This document shows, piece after piece, positions 1 to 14,554 of a stretch of DNA of 64,000 nt. Positions within the stretch are counted from its first letter, which is position 1, and each line of letters starts with the position of its first letter. Origin of the DNA: Paraspadella gotoi (Eukaryota; Animalia; Chaetognatha); assembly GCA_051294375.1 (NCBI GenBank), contig CM119267.1, positions 17,958,992 through 18,022,991 of the forward strand, read 5' to 3'. The notes beneath the pieces were generated by a model. It was not told where the DNA came from and ran no database searches. It saw only the letters and a program-made list of their open reading frames with translations. The translations under genes were made by a program, and so were the position numbers.

Positions 1-1598
1 AAGAAAGAAAGAAAAAAAAACGTGAGCGACAAAAATAAAAAAATAAAAAGGAAAAAAATCGAATAAAGAACAATTAGACCAGCAGGGTAAAGAGTAATGG
101 TTTTTGAAGGGGGAAAAAATTAATTTAATTAATTCTCGAAAGGTCCGAATTGAAATTCAATGGTGAATAATTATTAAAATTTGATAAAAAGAATAAATGA
201 AAGGCAAAGTTGTTGATTAGCTAAGGACAGAAATTAAGGGTTTTTTTCTAGAATGTGCTTTGTCTTAGCGCTTATTAATGTAATCAAAGAAAATTTTAAT
301 TTAAATCGAGACGACTCAAAAAGCAGGCGTTTATAAAATAAAACTGACAATAAAACATAAGCATCTTGTCTACTCGGCAATCGACACATTCGGGGCCACC
401 AAGACAATAAAATTAAAACTCCGAAGACGCAGCGTCGTGGAAGATGTACAGCGACACACAACGTCGAATTTTAAACAACAGAACAAAAAAAAACTTCCAG
501 TGTCGTTGATTATCTTTGATGATGACTAAGATCTACGAGCGAAGCGGAAAAATAAGCGCAGCGGGAGAGAAAAGCTTGGGACAAAGGCTACCATTGAGAC
601 AGGGGAAAAAACAAAGCGCTAAAACCCTGATTTAGCTTCCTGTTTATCAAGGAACGATTAAAATCAATAATTTTCGTTCATTTGTGAGTTCATGCTGAGA
701 ATTTGAAATCCTCCGGTTCGAGGGTGATAATCGATCATTTTGCAAGTTTAATGAATAAACAACGAAAACAACGAACAACGAACACCATGAAGTTTAATGA
801 ACAAAAATTAAAAAAACTTTTGATAAAAAAAAGATTTGAAACTTAAACGCCGGATTTCAAATTCACGCCATGATTATTTTAATAAGATTCAATTACAGTC
901 ATCATAAAATTTAAAAGAGTCAGTTAGAAAATTGAAAACTATGGATTGGCTATCGAAATCGGCCGAGAATAGCCGTTCGATTTATCATCAAGTATCCATC
1001 ATACGCCATTAGACATTCAGCATTCACCGTACAGCATTCGGCATTCGGCATACGGCAAAAGCGTTCGCCCCCGAATCAAACTTACGCGGTACATTTTCGG
1101 GACGGAAACTTGCGAAGCCTAAAATGGCGTGCACCACGAAGTAAAAGTTGAAATTGAAAACGAAAAATGTTTGTTTACTCTCAAGGTTAATTAAAAGTAA
1201 CCTGTTTTTTTCTAATGGGGAGCGTTTTAATATCCTGGTGAAACACGGCAAATGTCAGTTACTCGCTAATTAGGTGTACAAAAAATAAATCTAAATTAAA
1301 ACGTTAATTGAACGCGGAAAAAAACTATCTAATGAAAAAAACTCGTCTTTTTTTTTTAATTAAAATACTTTTCCCTTTTTAGATCTCAGCTCATTAAAAA
1401 AGTTGGTTTTTTTTTCGACTTTTTATTTCCCATTCCGCCGCTTGCAATTGTGGGCGATGGCTTTTCCCCCAATAAATTCTTCAAAGAAATTAGCAAAAAA
1501 CATCGAACCACTTCCACTTTTTTTTTCCGAAAACAACCCTACTCGTATGACAAAGTTTTCGCGAAAACATATTTGTATGATACGCGATTTTCACTCAC

Positions 1599-2386
1599 TT
1601 GATCCTGGTATCCAGTTGCCGGCTTGAGAGAGATGGAACCTTCCTTAAAAACTTGAACATGAGCCGTCGACGTTCCTCCGTTGTGAAGGTGGCAACTTCC
1701 GTTGGTCGTTGCAGATCTGCGATGTCAATCATCAGTTAAACATGAAACAATAACGCAAGATATGTTGAGGTGGTGGTGATCACCATTACTGAACCAATTT
1801 CACAAGAAACAAGTTTTACAGAAATGATAGTTGTCAAATTTTACGTGAAATTTATTAGCCACAATTTTTCCGGTCGCCTGTTATTTTTTTTTTTTTTTTT
1901 TTTTAATCTACATATTTCAAAACCACAAGAATTTTCCAACGGATAACCTCCAATCCCAAACTCATCATCCGCAGCCGCTCCTTCATTTCGCTCTGGACAA
2001 AACCATCCACTCATCCCGTCCACTCAAATAGGTCAACTTACTCAACCCTTACCCAACCCCCGTTTACTCACCCGTTCTGCACGACGTATCGATTCATCTT
2101 GTGCTCGACGAAGTTGTTGTTGCTCTCGACGAACGACGACGACGTCAACGACGACGACTTGAACGACGACGACGAAGACGACGACGAAATCGTCGACGAC
2201 ATCGCCGACGACGGCGCCCTCACGTCCACGGCGGCGGCGGACATCCTCGTCGACTTGGCCTTAGAGGCGGACTTGGAGGATGCGACGGCGGGAACGGCGG
2301 TGGCGACGGCGGCGACCGCGTGGGTCCCTCTGTAAGGGCAAAAGGAGAAATTTATTAATTATAAATCAATCAAAAACATCTATCTT

Positions 2387-2481
<95 letters not shown>

Positions 2482-3152
2482 CTATCAATGGATCGATCAT
2501 TCAATCAAATCATTTTAAACCATTAATCGATTACGCCTTAAACAATTAATTCAATCAAATAAATGGTTACATCCATCCGTCAATGGCCATAGATTCCCCC
2601 ATCAGATACCCACGCGCACATAATAAAATATTTCCTCGACTTTCCACAACACTTACCTAACGACGGGGACCGATCTGGAACCGGTCGTCGACGCTCTGAT
2701 CGAACCTCTGGAGGAGGAGAGGATCGAGGGACTCGAAGATCCGAAGGTCAACTGATTGTTGGACCCGAAAGACTCGACGACGAAACTCGGACCGGCGCTC
2801 GACGCCTTGAACGCGGATGTCGTCCGCTCCGTGGAAGAGCTCGTCCGCGGTGACTCGACGACCTGTTTGGTAGGGATCACCGATGCCGCCTTGGAGGAGG
2901 AAGGCGGGAAGAAAGTCGCCTGCTTGGAGGACGTCGTCGAGGAGTTGGAGAAGTAGGCCGTCGATTCCTTAGAGGAGGAGGAGGCGGAGGAGGAGGAGGA
3001 GGAGAAGAGGACCTCGCCTTTGGCCGTGGGCGAAGCGGATCTTCGGAAGATGGCGGCTCCGCCGGCGGAGGAGAGCGCGGGTGGCAGAGGGCGCGCGTCG
3101 TAGGTGGAGGAAGAAGAGGACGATCCTCTGCGGATCTGAGTTTGGGATCGTC
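1599..3152 (-). CDS. Internal exons of an unidentified Ser-rich low-complexity protein gene (continues toward lower coordinates, probably beyond the window start)
   Basis: Three exons (3152-2657, 2329-2072, 1716-1599) have GT-AG boundaries and compatible phases (1/2, 2/2, 2/0). They give one open frame: RSQTQIRRGSSSSS...VPVVRGTHAVAAV...NRYVVQNGSATTNGSCHLH...GYQDQ. No family recognised. Confidence 0.65.
2378..2485. repeat. (ATCT)n microsatellite
   Basis: Tandem tetranucleotide run visible in the sequence. Confidence 0.95.
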
Positions 3153-3488
3153 CTGGAAAAAGAGAGAGAGAGAGAGTGGAGAGGGAGATTAGAAGTAGGA
3201 TGAAGCTGAAGCTGGGAAGGTTGAAGTTGAACCAAGATTAGAGTGGTTCGGTAAAATGAAAACTTAATGGTGAGAAAAACTCGTAAAAACGGAAGGCGAA
3301 TCATGAAACGGTTACGATCGTCAAACAGAATAGTCAAAAAAATTTTGTTTATTGCGAAAAGTGGTTTTTTTTTTTCTTCGTTTTTGAAAGAGAAAACATA
3401 TCGATATTATTGTAGGAATGGTAATGGAAAGAAGAGAGTTGCTGCAAGAACGTTACATACGGGTTCGTAGTAAAAGAAAACAAAATTT

Positions 3489-3599
<111 letters not shown>

Positions 3600-4795
3600 A
3601 AACGAGAATGTTAATAACGAAAGACTGCTCAACCCCTCCAAAAAATTTATACAAGGACGACTATTGTATGTTCGGGTTGAGGTCCGACGTTTTCAAATTC
3701 GTGTGTGGGCCAAAAAAAAAAAAAGACTTTTTAAGTCTCGAAACTAACGAGAAAATTAAAAAAACACAAGCGAAGTTAAACGAGCGAAAAAGTGAGATTT
3801 GAAGCGAGAAAATCGCGATAAGGAAATTCGAAAATTCGTAAAATTCAAATTCCCTAATTTTTTTTTCTTTCTCCGTCGGCGGCGTCGGCGAGAAGGAAAA
3901 TTATCATTCCGAACGAAATTGCGGGATCCGACTCGACGAAGCGAAAAGCCAGTCGAACCAAGAAACCAAGAAAAATAGCCAACAAATCAATCGAATAAAT
4001 CTATTAAAACAGATAAACCTAAAACCAACCAACAAGCTTGCAACTGAAAAACCAATTAACCGACGTAACGAATACTATTACTAGCGAACAAATATGAATG
4101 AACCATGGAAATTTAATAAAATATTACGATTATATAAACGAAAGGATCGAAAATACGAAGGAAAAAAGAAGGAACGAATGAAAACGAAGAATCTCACGAG
4201 AGGAGAGCAAAACGACAACAACAAAACCGACGGCGAAGACGACGACGAGGACCGCGACGATGATGACGATCACCACGAAAACAATAACAGCGACGGTTGA
4301 CGTCCGACGTTTGGGCGGAATCCTATTCTGGGGGCGTCGACGGGCGTTGCCCAGTCGACACTCGCGCCCTCAGCGACCGCGAAAATACTGCGCAAAGGAA
4401 CGAAGCTTCGATAAATAAGAACAACCGACTTTCGGGATTCGTTCTCGGGTCTTTAATGTCCTTTTTTTAGGGGGGGGGGGAAATTGACTTTTGAGATCGC
4501 GGTTGATTTGACGGACTTTGTTCCAGGATTGAAGAATGACGTTCGTTGAAAAGATAGAAGAGTCATTTCGCCTCAATTCTTTTTTTTTTGTCTGATGAAT
4601 TTTCTTTTTCTGTTTTGATGAGTCACCCGAATTCCGGAAGTAAGATTTCACGAGGAGGAAATCGAAGAGACTAAATAATTCGATGTTTGAAAGAAAAAAA
4701 AAACAGCTGTTGAATATTTAGCAGAAGGGAAAATTAATGGAGGCCTCTGAGCGAGAAGGAAGGAACGCAGTGGGAAAGTGAACGTTCTCTTTTCT

Positions 4796-4855
<60 letters not shown>

Positions 4856-6799
4856 CTCTCTCTCTCTCTCAACCTCACTCTCTTTCCCCCCCCCCTCTCG
4901 GTCTCACAAACTTTTTGCTTGTCAAGTACAGTCTTTTCCGATTCAAATGTATTTCAAATGTAATCCTTTCCTCCTCCTTGGGTTACTTCTCCTAAGATTC
5001 GTCACATGGATCAGACAGCCCTGTAGTCGTAGCGAAATCGCATTAGGGCTACGATTTACTTGAGAGCGAAACAGTTGTTTGTCCTGGAGCGAAAACGGCG
5101 GGACAATTTGGACGAGAGAATGATCGAAGCCAATACTTTTTTTTTCCTTTTTCGATATGGGGGGGGGAGAGAGAAGGATAATTTTTATATGACACTAACA
5201 CAATTTAATATCCATCGTTTATATTTTTCGCAAATAAAACCGAAGTTAATAATAGCGGAATTTTTTCTCTATGTATATTTTTTTTTCGGAGTTTTCTTTT
5301 TTTTTTTCTTCTTTTTTCCTTTCTTTTTTTAGTCACCAAAAAAAAAATAAGTGATATGATTCGGTTGTCGTCTCTTCCAGATCGCGAATGTCGTGACGCG
5401 AGAATTCGGCGATAAAACACCAATTAATGAGAAAGAGAAAAAAAATCCAACTTTTTCAGATCTGACGAAAAAAAAGTGTTGGAGCGGCAGCTGGAGTGAG
5501 AAAGGCGACGGGAGCGAAGTGAGAAAGATCAGATCACCGCGTCATACCTTAGGAGTGATATTCTCAGGGTCGGGCGTTCCAGCCCGGCTTTGGTTACGTT
5601 TTAAAATAACTTGTAGACAACTTGACCTTCTGAGCGACAATTAACGGACCGAAAATCGAAAATATTCCATTGGACGGACGGGAGATTTTCGCTTTTCACG
5701 TTTAACACCAATTCTGAAGAATCTCCATCAGAACTCCAGCAAACCCCATCTCAACCACCCTCGCGAAAACCACGAGGGGATCAAAAAAGCAAGGATCGAT
5801 ATTTTTCTTTCTCGAATATTCGGGCTCACGTTTTTCGCGGCCTCAGAGTCGGAAGTTTTTTTTCCCCCTTTTTTTAAAATATATTTTTACCTCTCGAGAA
5901 TGAAGAATGGTTCGCTCTCGTTTTCAGTCCTGTTTGCTTTTTTTTTCGGGAAATTTCGCAAATGAGCAATTACTCAAAGGAGGCTCGATCCTTCACGCAA
6001 ACCCACGCCGTCCCAGTCAGGTTCTCTTTTTTTAATCGATCGTCGGAGAATTAAAAAAAAAAAAAGGAGCGGGAAGACGATGAATTTATCATCCGCAAAA
6101 GGTGAAACTTAGTGTGTACATAGACATTGGATTAAAAAAAAAAAATTTCACGAGGATCAGAAATCAGAAATTTTTTTTAGCTTTAGTAGTAGTTTGCTTT
6201 AAAGCACAAACATCCAGGGAAAGTCTTTAGTCTGATGCCGTGTGTTAATTGTAAACGTATTGACTATTGTCGTGACGAAGACGTGTTGGGCTGTTCACCG
6301 TTCGCTGTGGAGTTCAACAGCTTAAAATTGAAGGAAGAACGAAAATTTTGCAGTCGAAAACGACGACTTGACGATGCATTATTTAGGAAATAATCAAAAT
6401 AAATCTAAAATAAGCCCTTGAACGAGAAAATTATGCTTATTATTATATTATTGATTTACTATTTTTTGGCGTTTTGCGTGCTCAATAAAAAAGATGAACA
6501 AGGAAAAGAGAGAGAAAAAAAAATCCGTAAAAAAAAAATCTGGAGCGAAATTCGTGGAGTCTCGAAAAAACCCGGAATGGAATGAAGTGAAAGGAATCGG
6601 AAGGGGGCCTTCGAAGGCTTTTCAGAGGCAAAGGAGACCCTCACCTCAGCTCCTTTTCTTCTTCCACTTTCGTCGTCTGACAGACCAAAGACGCCGAAAA
6701 AACCGCTGGAGTCGAGAAAAGAAAAGAAAAAACAAGGAAATAAAAGAGGAATCGATTTTCTGTTTTGTGATTTGAATTCGAGGGTAAAGGAGAAACAAG

Positions 6800-7085
6800 G
6801 AACGGTTATTCCAACGTATTGCGCCGCATTAGTTTTATTTTTACTTTCTTATCCCTTTTATTTCCGTGTAAGTACGACCCGCTCTGCATCGTAATCAAAT
6901 CTTTTATTTCTTATGCATAGTTTATAAGATTCTTTTAAAAACAAAAGGCGGCGCTAGTAGTCGCTTAGATTTGAGGTTTTTTCCTGTTTTAACAAATGAG
7001 CAATGATCTGTAGGTAAGTTATAAGCCTTTTTAACGTAAGTGGAACAGCCCGACGGACCGACAGACCGACCGAAAAGTGACTGAA
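6800..7085. mobile_element. Dispersed repeat family A (non-autonomous, DINE/Helentron-like, with a GACC/GACA microsatellite end)
   Basis: The motif aaggcggcgctag..cacttagattt..ttaacaaatgagcaa..ggaccgacagaccgac recurs at ~51335-51650 (same strand), ~48050-48300 (opposite strand) and in part at ~52125-52215. The class assignment is inference. Confidence 0.7.
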
Positions 7086-8196
7086 AAAAAAAGAAATGGC
7101 GCGGGACGAGGACGACGACGACGTTAATTTTTTGTTTTGTCTTTGAGATTCCACTCGAGTTGTTTTCGATAAAAATTAATCGAAGGACTCGAAAGATTTG
7201 GCTTTTTCAATTTGAAGCCCAAAGATTGTTTTTTTTTTTAAGGGTTTCTAAATATTTGAATCATATATTCAATTATTCATTCTTGAAAATCTCCAACTAA
7301 AATCTTGGTCGATGAGTTGATTATTTTCGTTTTTCCAACGAATGGGCGTGTCTCCCCGGGCGACTTTCCCCGGGCGTAGAACGCGTCATCGACGACTACG
7401 ATCGTGTCGAGGATCGAGTGACGCGTTCGACCCTGAAACAACGAGTCTCCGCAAAAATTGATCTTTACGACGTGACGTAATCATTGTATACTCCGAACGG
7501 TCTTAGCGACGACGATGGCGACGACGATGACGACCACGACGACGTATAACTCAAATCGATGGTCCGGTAGTCATTGATACGACAATGGTGCGAATATGAT
7601 CGAGGAAATAGTTTTTTTTTTTTTTTTTTGTTTTTTTGGAAGATCACAACTGTCAGAAGTTAACGATTATGGAGGCAGTGAATGCAAGGGGAAAAGAGTT
7701 TTTACAGTTCGACGCCCACCGCGACGACGATGACTCCGACGATAAGGATGATGATTACGATGATGTTTTTTTGTTTTTTTTTTGCAATGGCGATGATTAT
7801 ATAGCCAATAAAGTAATGACGATTGCAATTATTACTGCAATAACGATGAATTTACGTTCGTAATGATGATGAGGAAGTTAGTAAAACGTTGTTTACCATT
7901 ATTTTAATGATCAAAAAATTTCAATGTCGGTGACGACGATGCTTTAAACGATTGTGGACCAAGTTTAATTGAGTGTGGTGTTAACTGTGTTAAGAATTTC
8001 AATGATAAAGACGTATATCATATTTAATACAGCATAAACAGTGATAATTATTTTTGAAATATTTCCGACGACGACGATCAAATTTGAAAAAAAAGACGAC
8101 GACGACCGAAGCCAAAGGAAGATGACTAAGATTTTATTGGCGGAACACTCCCGGCTTGATTTACGGTTTTGACGGCGAATGCAGCGACAGCGAGGA

Positions 8197-8197
8197 C

Positions 8198-8256
<59 letters not shown>
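8197..8256. repeat. (GAC)n trinucleotide repeat
   Basis: Visible directly in the sequence. Confidence 0.95.
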
Positions 8257-8257
<1 letters not shown>

Positions 8258-10443
8258 AGGCCGTTTGCGACCAAAGTCTCGACGAAAGTAAAACACGAAT
8301 TGCGATTTTTAAAAAAATCGATGAGAAGGACGGTGACTGCGACGAAGCAGACGATGAGAACGACGGCCGTGACGACGACGGCAACGACGCCCGTGACGAC
8401 GACACTGACGACGAAGGTAAACACCCCAGGGTCGACGTCGACGCTGACGAGGCGAACGTCCGTCGGCCGTCGTTGAAGGTCTCGATTGGCACCGAAAATG
8501 ATAAGAACTCACACGAAACCTGTACCCGACCATGATGTCGAAAACCGGTCAGAAACACACACGTAAAATGAAGATGAGAGAGAGAGAACAAAAGAAAATA
8601 AGAAGAAAAGAGAGAAAAAGACAAAAAGAGAAGAGACGAGAGAAAGAGAAACGTGGGAGAGAGAGTGTTAGAAGGAGGGAGAGAAAGATACGTAGAAAGA
8701 GAATTATGACAAAGAGATCGGAGATAGGAAATGTCTTCTGTATCTCCCTTTGACAGCCCAAAGGAGAAATGGACCCTTTTTGAAAACCTCGACTGCTTCC
8801 AGTAATTTAAACGAATAAAAGAAGAGACAAAAATACATCGAGATTATCAAATATATTGCATAAATGCCCTGGAAGCAATGGATAAAGGGAGCAATATGGT
8901 TATGTGTATATCTGTAAGAGAAGAAGAAACCCGGTACACTACTATCTTACTAACATCAGAAAGACATGAATATGAGAGAGAGATCACCATGGAGGAGAAG
9001 AGAAAGAGAGACCCGACGATTTACTCGGCCACTATACTTCACTTTTATTATATTAATTATAGCAAAAAAATGGCTCAGATTCGCAGAGGCGATGAATGTC
9101 ACTGTTTAAACAGATATTAATTTGTCGTTTTCGTGTGTCAAAGGTCGTATTAAAGCTAACTTATACGCATTAAACAGAAAATCGTGCAAACGGTGCTCCT
9201 CTTCGAGCGGCCCGTGCGCTCGTCCGTCCACGTCGTCCATTGCCGAACCCTCACCTTTTGTTCTTTTGTTTTTTCTTTTCATTATCCTTTTTATTTTCTT
9301 TTTTTCCGTGGTAATTTTTTCTTCCCAGTCGAAATTTTATTCCGCCTCCGGGCAACCTGTCGAACTCCGGGCATACGCCCCCCCACGTATCTTCCGGAAG
9401 ACGAACCAAAGAAAAAAATTAAACACCAAGGCCCACATTGAATCTAATATTCCGATCTTGTGACAGAAGTTATGGTTGAGAAGTATTTATTCACTAATTT
9501 TATCTACGTGCAATTAAATCTCACGAAAGTAAATGGTGGTTAGGTTTCTCTCCCGAAATTTTTAGACTTCACGAAACACCTTTCCCAAATAGTGACCTTA
9601 TATCCATTGTGGGCATCATTAATCTCTACGAAGTTTATTCCATCTCGTATTCACCCCACACCCCCCAGATGTCGAAGTTGTATCTTCTGGAAAATGTGAC
9701 ATACCCGCCGAGCGATAAGCAACACAACCCGAAAGAAGATAAAATGATACAACCGATGACTATTCCTGCCTGTTTCCCTGCTTCGGATACGGGATGGAGT
9801 TTTATTTTATTTCCTTATAGTTATATTCTGACCATTTTCACTTCATACACTCTCTCGGAGTGAATAAATTTTTGTTAATTTCCATAAAATCGGTCCGACG
9901 AGTCGATCCCTTCTTCGCGTATACTTTTTCTGCCGACCTCCCAAAAAATTATCTTAAGACTTCTCTTCCCCTCTTTAGGGTGTTCCGAGGCCCGTGTGTA
10001 TCCTTCCCGTGCCGGCCCGTCTGTTTTTTCTCTCCTTTTTAAAACCCGCGTTGTCTCTCTGACTTCGTTGATCTCCTATTCATTACAGATCGTTATCACT
10101 ATCAAACAGAAATGATGACGAAATCATCCTCGTTCTTTTAAAAACTCTTTCTTTTACTTATTCAGCAATCTTTCATCATTTCCGCCCCCGCCCCCCCGTG
10201 ATTAAAAAAAAATGGACAAACGTTGCTTTGAATTTCAAGGCTGGTTTTTTTTTTTCAGATCGCAAACTCTTCTATTTTTTTTTTTTAAACTAAATCTCTT
10301 TACTTTTGAATTTGTGTTTGGTTTTGAACCGTTTGTCGTTTCTTGCCCGTCGTTTAGTTGTATCGTGTTCTTTTATACTTCTCTTCCCTGTTCATCTCTC
10401 TCTCTCTTCTCTTGCTCTCTCTCTACCTCATCTACTCTCTACT

Positions 10444-10474
<31 letters not shown>

Positions 10475-12499
10475 GCTTCTCCTCTCTCCTCATCTCTTGT
10501 TTATTTCACTCCCGTCGTCTATCGCTTTATTCTTTGTTTTTTTCTCATAATTTTTTTTAAAAAATGTTATTTTTTCCTCGGTTACGTATTTTCTCTCTCG
10601 TCGCGAGTTCAACATTTTTTTAAATTAATCTCCAGTGAACCTGCCGAACAACCAGGAGGAAAAATTAAATATTATCTTTTCAATCTCCTTTCTCCATTTA
10701 AACCTTTTATTTAATCTTGACAAACTGTTTTTATTTGGGTTTCGAAGACTGCACGCTTCACCAAAAACAACCTTGCCTGCTATCCTAGACGAAGAATGCG
10801 GCCCCCCATAAAAAAACTAATTAAAAGAAGAGACAAATGATAATTTAAATGTCACACCAGATCGCCGAGTCAGCAAAACGCACGTATAAATCTAAATGTT
10901 ACCATGTTAATAGGCCCCTGTGTTAGAAAATTCTCGAGGTGTCGATTTTTTTCTAGTCTAGATAAAGAGATAAACAAAAAAAATAACACAATAGACCTGT
11001 CAGTAGGGAAAAGTAAATTGGCCACTCATGATATCAACATTAGACAAAAAAATGAGTCAGATCAATTAGTATGTCATTAATTAGACTGTATCATGTTGAT
11101 AATTTGTCCATACCATCGTAACTGAGTCGATATTTAGGTCAGTTTTCCGAATATGCGGCCACCCGGTTAATCGATAATAAAAGCAAGATAAGAATAACAA
11201 ACATGTCCAGATGAAGAGGCAAATCCGCGAATTAATCCCTTCAACCACACTACGCCAGAGAACAAACCAAAAAAACAAACCTTCCGGGACTCGGAAATCT
11301 GCAATCCTAAACCATTTCTTGTTAATTTTCCAAAACTTATTTCAACTGGGCAAATATCTTTATTCGTGACTCCAAGGCCGAACTCACAGCTGCTTGCGTT
11401 CGGGACGAAACACATAATTAAACAAATCCCAGTAAAATAATGTAATTGTTTGACTGCCGCCAACGCCCGAAACACCTGATCGGCATCAATTGGAACCTTT
11501 TGTATCATTAACAAGCAAGTCACGCGACGCTCTCTAGATTGGCGTTGAATGCCGACTAATTTGCCTCCACAACCTAGTATATATTACTGCGCGAAAATTT
11601 AATGGGTCGAAAAGAAGAAGAAATAACTAACGAATTATTTTATTATTCATATGATGTAAATCCTCCTCTTCGATATATGCCTTTTTTTTTTCATGAAATG
11701 ATGGCTCAAGAGGTAATAAAATGTTCTGGTGGGCACAATAATACAGAAAATTCAACCGCCGAAATGGCATCAAAAGAGAGAAAAAAGCGTGGAGAATGAG
11801 ATTTGTGGGGCAAATTATAATATGACAGGGGGAAAAAGAGGGGTATAGAAAGAAGAAGAGAGATCTCGTAGATTTAGATCTAGGACGTCTTCACATTCTC
11901 ACTCCTGAATCGAATTTCACAGGCTTTTTTCTCTCTTCGGTTGAATACTATATTGTACGCTATTCCTCTCTCTTCTCTAGTTTGTAGTCTCTCGTATGGT
12001 TTTTTTTAAGTGTAGAACCTCTTGACTAACAAAGTCACTGAAAAATAATTATCCTCTCGAAGAGAACCGAATTAGGCTTAAAGTTTAGGTCTATGCATTG
12101 ATATTTTAAATGGTTACGAAAAGCGTATTTTGAAGAAGGAATCTAATAGAATACAGGCAATAATTATGATACTCAATATAATTAAATTGAGATATGTTTG
12201 AAGTGGAATTCGTGATAAGGATCTAAAGTTTCAAATAGTAAATATTTGAACAACAAAGAAACTATTCATTCTAATTTTCCGTCATTCTATTATAAAAAAA
12301 AATTTTATTTATTTTTAAATACTGACGTACAACTCGCTCGTTTTTTCATCAAAATCCAAGGAAAATCTTCTTTCCTTCCCTCTCGTGAGAAGACGAGAGA
12401 CGAGACGGACTGGAGGATCGACAGTGGCGAAAGAGAGTCGGTGCTAGAACGCGGAGAGAAGAAAGGAAAGAGAGAGGGAAGAGAGAGAGAGATATAAGA

Positions 12500-12524
12500 N
12501 NNNNNNNNNNNNNNNNNNNNNNNN
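12500..12524. other. Assembly gap (25 N)
   Basis: 25 consecutive N bases. Confidence 0.99.
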
Positions 12525-13501
12525 CGCAAAAATGGCTCAGAATCGCGGAGGCGATGAACGTCACTTTTAATAATTAATGAAACTAGTCCGTTTCGTGTGT
12601 CAATCTATAATAATTATAAACGATCATGCTCGTGCTCATTTGGCGGCCTCGCCGTCGTCCCATGGTTCCCATTGCCGAACCCTCACCTTTTGTTTCTTTG
12701 TTTTTTCTTTTCATTTCCTTTTTATTTTCTTTTTTTCTCTCTATAATTTCTTTCCGGTCGATTGATTCGCCTCCGAACGTCGAACTCCATCGGCCCCCCC
12801 CGCCGAACGAACCAAAAAAAAAAAAAGCCACAGACTAAATTCCGAATGTGAGACAGAAGTTTTGGTTGAGTTTTATTCTAAATTTTATCTCGTGCAATTA
12901 AATCTCCCGAATTTTATCTCTCCCGAATTTTTTAACCCGAGTTTCAATCCTTTATATTTCATCTCTCGAGTTTTATCTCGTTTCCCCCCCCCCGATGTCG
13001 ATGTATCTTCTGATGACACGGCGGACTGCGTTTCCGCTCGATACGAGTTTTTTTATTTCTTTGTATATTCGACCATTTTTCCTTCTCATTGATTATAAAT
13101 TTTTTTTTTTTAATTCCAAATCTCACGATCTTTCTCCGTTACTTTTCTTGCCGACCTCCCAAATTTTTTAAGACTTTTTCCCCTTTTGTTTCCGACGTTT
13201 ATGTTCCCCGCTGTTTTTCTCTTTTTTTTGTTTTCATTCGTGTCTCCTTTCATTCGTGTAAATACAACGAAGATGACGAAATCTCCTGTTTTTTAAAACT
13301 TTTACTTTTCAGCATCTTCATCTTTCCCCCCCCCCCGTATTAAAAAAAAATGGACAAACGTTTGCTTTGAATTCAAGGTTGTTTTTTTTTTTCAATCGCA
13401 AACCTCTATTTTTTCTTTTTTAACTAATCTCTTTACTTTTGAGATTTGTGTTTGTTTTGAACGTTTGTCGTTTCTTGCCGTCTTTTAGTTTTTAATTTCT
13501 T

Positions 13502-13587
<86 letters not shown>

Positions 13588-13999
13588 TGTTTATTGTTCA
13601 CCCGTCGTCTACCTTTATTCTTTTTTTTTTCTCATTCAAATTTTTTTTAAAAATGTTATTTTTTTCTCGGTTACGTATTTCTCTCTCGGCGAGTTCAACA
13701 TTTTTTTTAAATCCTGACCTCCGCAGAGATTGAATTTTCTTTTCTTTTTTTTAACTTTTTTTTTGACAAACGTTGTTTTTTGGTTTCGAAGGTTCAAAAT
13801 TTGTAACGAGGGCCGAGGCAATGATAATTTAAATGTTTTCCGTCGCGAGTCGCAAACGTATCTAATGTAATGAGGCGTAAAAATTCTCAGGATTTTTTCG
13901 TCAAGGATAAAAAAAACAAAAGTCGTTGGATCAACATGACAAAAATTGTTGTCATTGATGTTATTGATGTAGTTGAAATTTTTGTTTTATCGAACGTCG

Positions 14000-14135
14000 A
14001 TTTATCATCCGAATATGGGCCACGTTTCGATATGAAGCAATAGTAGGTCCCAGGCAAAGCGTTCTTCGAGACCAAAAACCTTCCGGGACTCGAACCCGTG
14101 ACCTCCAAGGCCGAACCACTGCCTGCTCGGCGACG
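14000..14135 (-). mobile_element. Possible tRNA-derived SINE
   Basis: The minus strand reads ...gagcaggcagtggttcggccttggaggtcacGGGTTCGAGTCCCgg..., with a B-box T-arm and an A-box-like segment but no full cloverleaf. Confidence 0.4.
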
Positions 14136-14461
14136 TGGGCGCGAAACACTCGGCTCGGGCGAGTCAGAGGCGGAGCCGAAAGAGGAGATCGAAAGATGAA
14201 GGATCCGAAAGTCGAACTGATTCGAAGCGGCGATCAACGCGAGAAAAAAGAGGAAGAAATTATAGAATCAAATGAACAAGCTTTTTTTGAAACATATTGT
14301 ACGTTTGGTGTTGTAAGTTGTAACTCATATTCAACATTCGAGAATATTTTGTTTTTAAACATATGGTATCGACGTCAAGAGTCGGTCTGAAACGCGGAAG
14401 AAGAGATTGGCCTCCATTGCTCGATGATGTTTACGAAATGGGATTCGAGATTTTAAAATTT

Positions 14462-14554
<93 letters not shown>

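Noticed and set aside
2099-2956. Plus-strand Asp-rich and Arg-rich ORFs
   Set aside because: They are antisense shadows of the minus-strand Ser-rich exons, which carry the splice signals
7965-8624. ORFs over the (GAC)n-rich block
   Set aside because: They are open in several frames because of the repeat, and I could not assign convincing splice boundaries; an exon is not excluded
9062-11400. Real segmental duplication
   Set aside because: The insertion-biased divergence and the adjacent 25-N gap fit a long-read artefact better
14080-14135. Functional tRNA gene
   Set aside because: Only a T-arm/B-box is recognisable; there is no acceptor stem or anticodon arm
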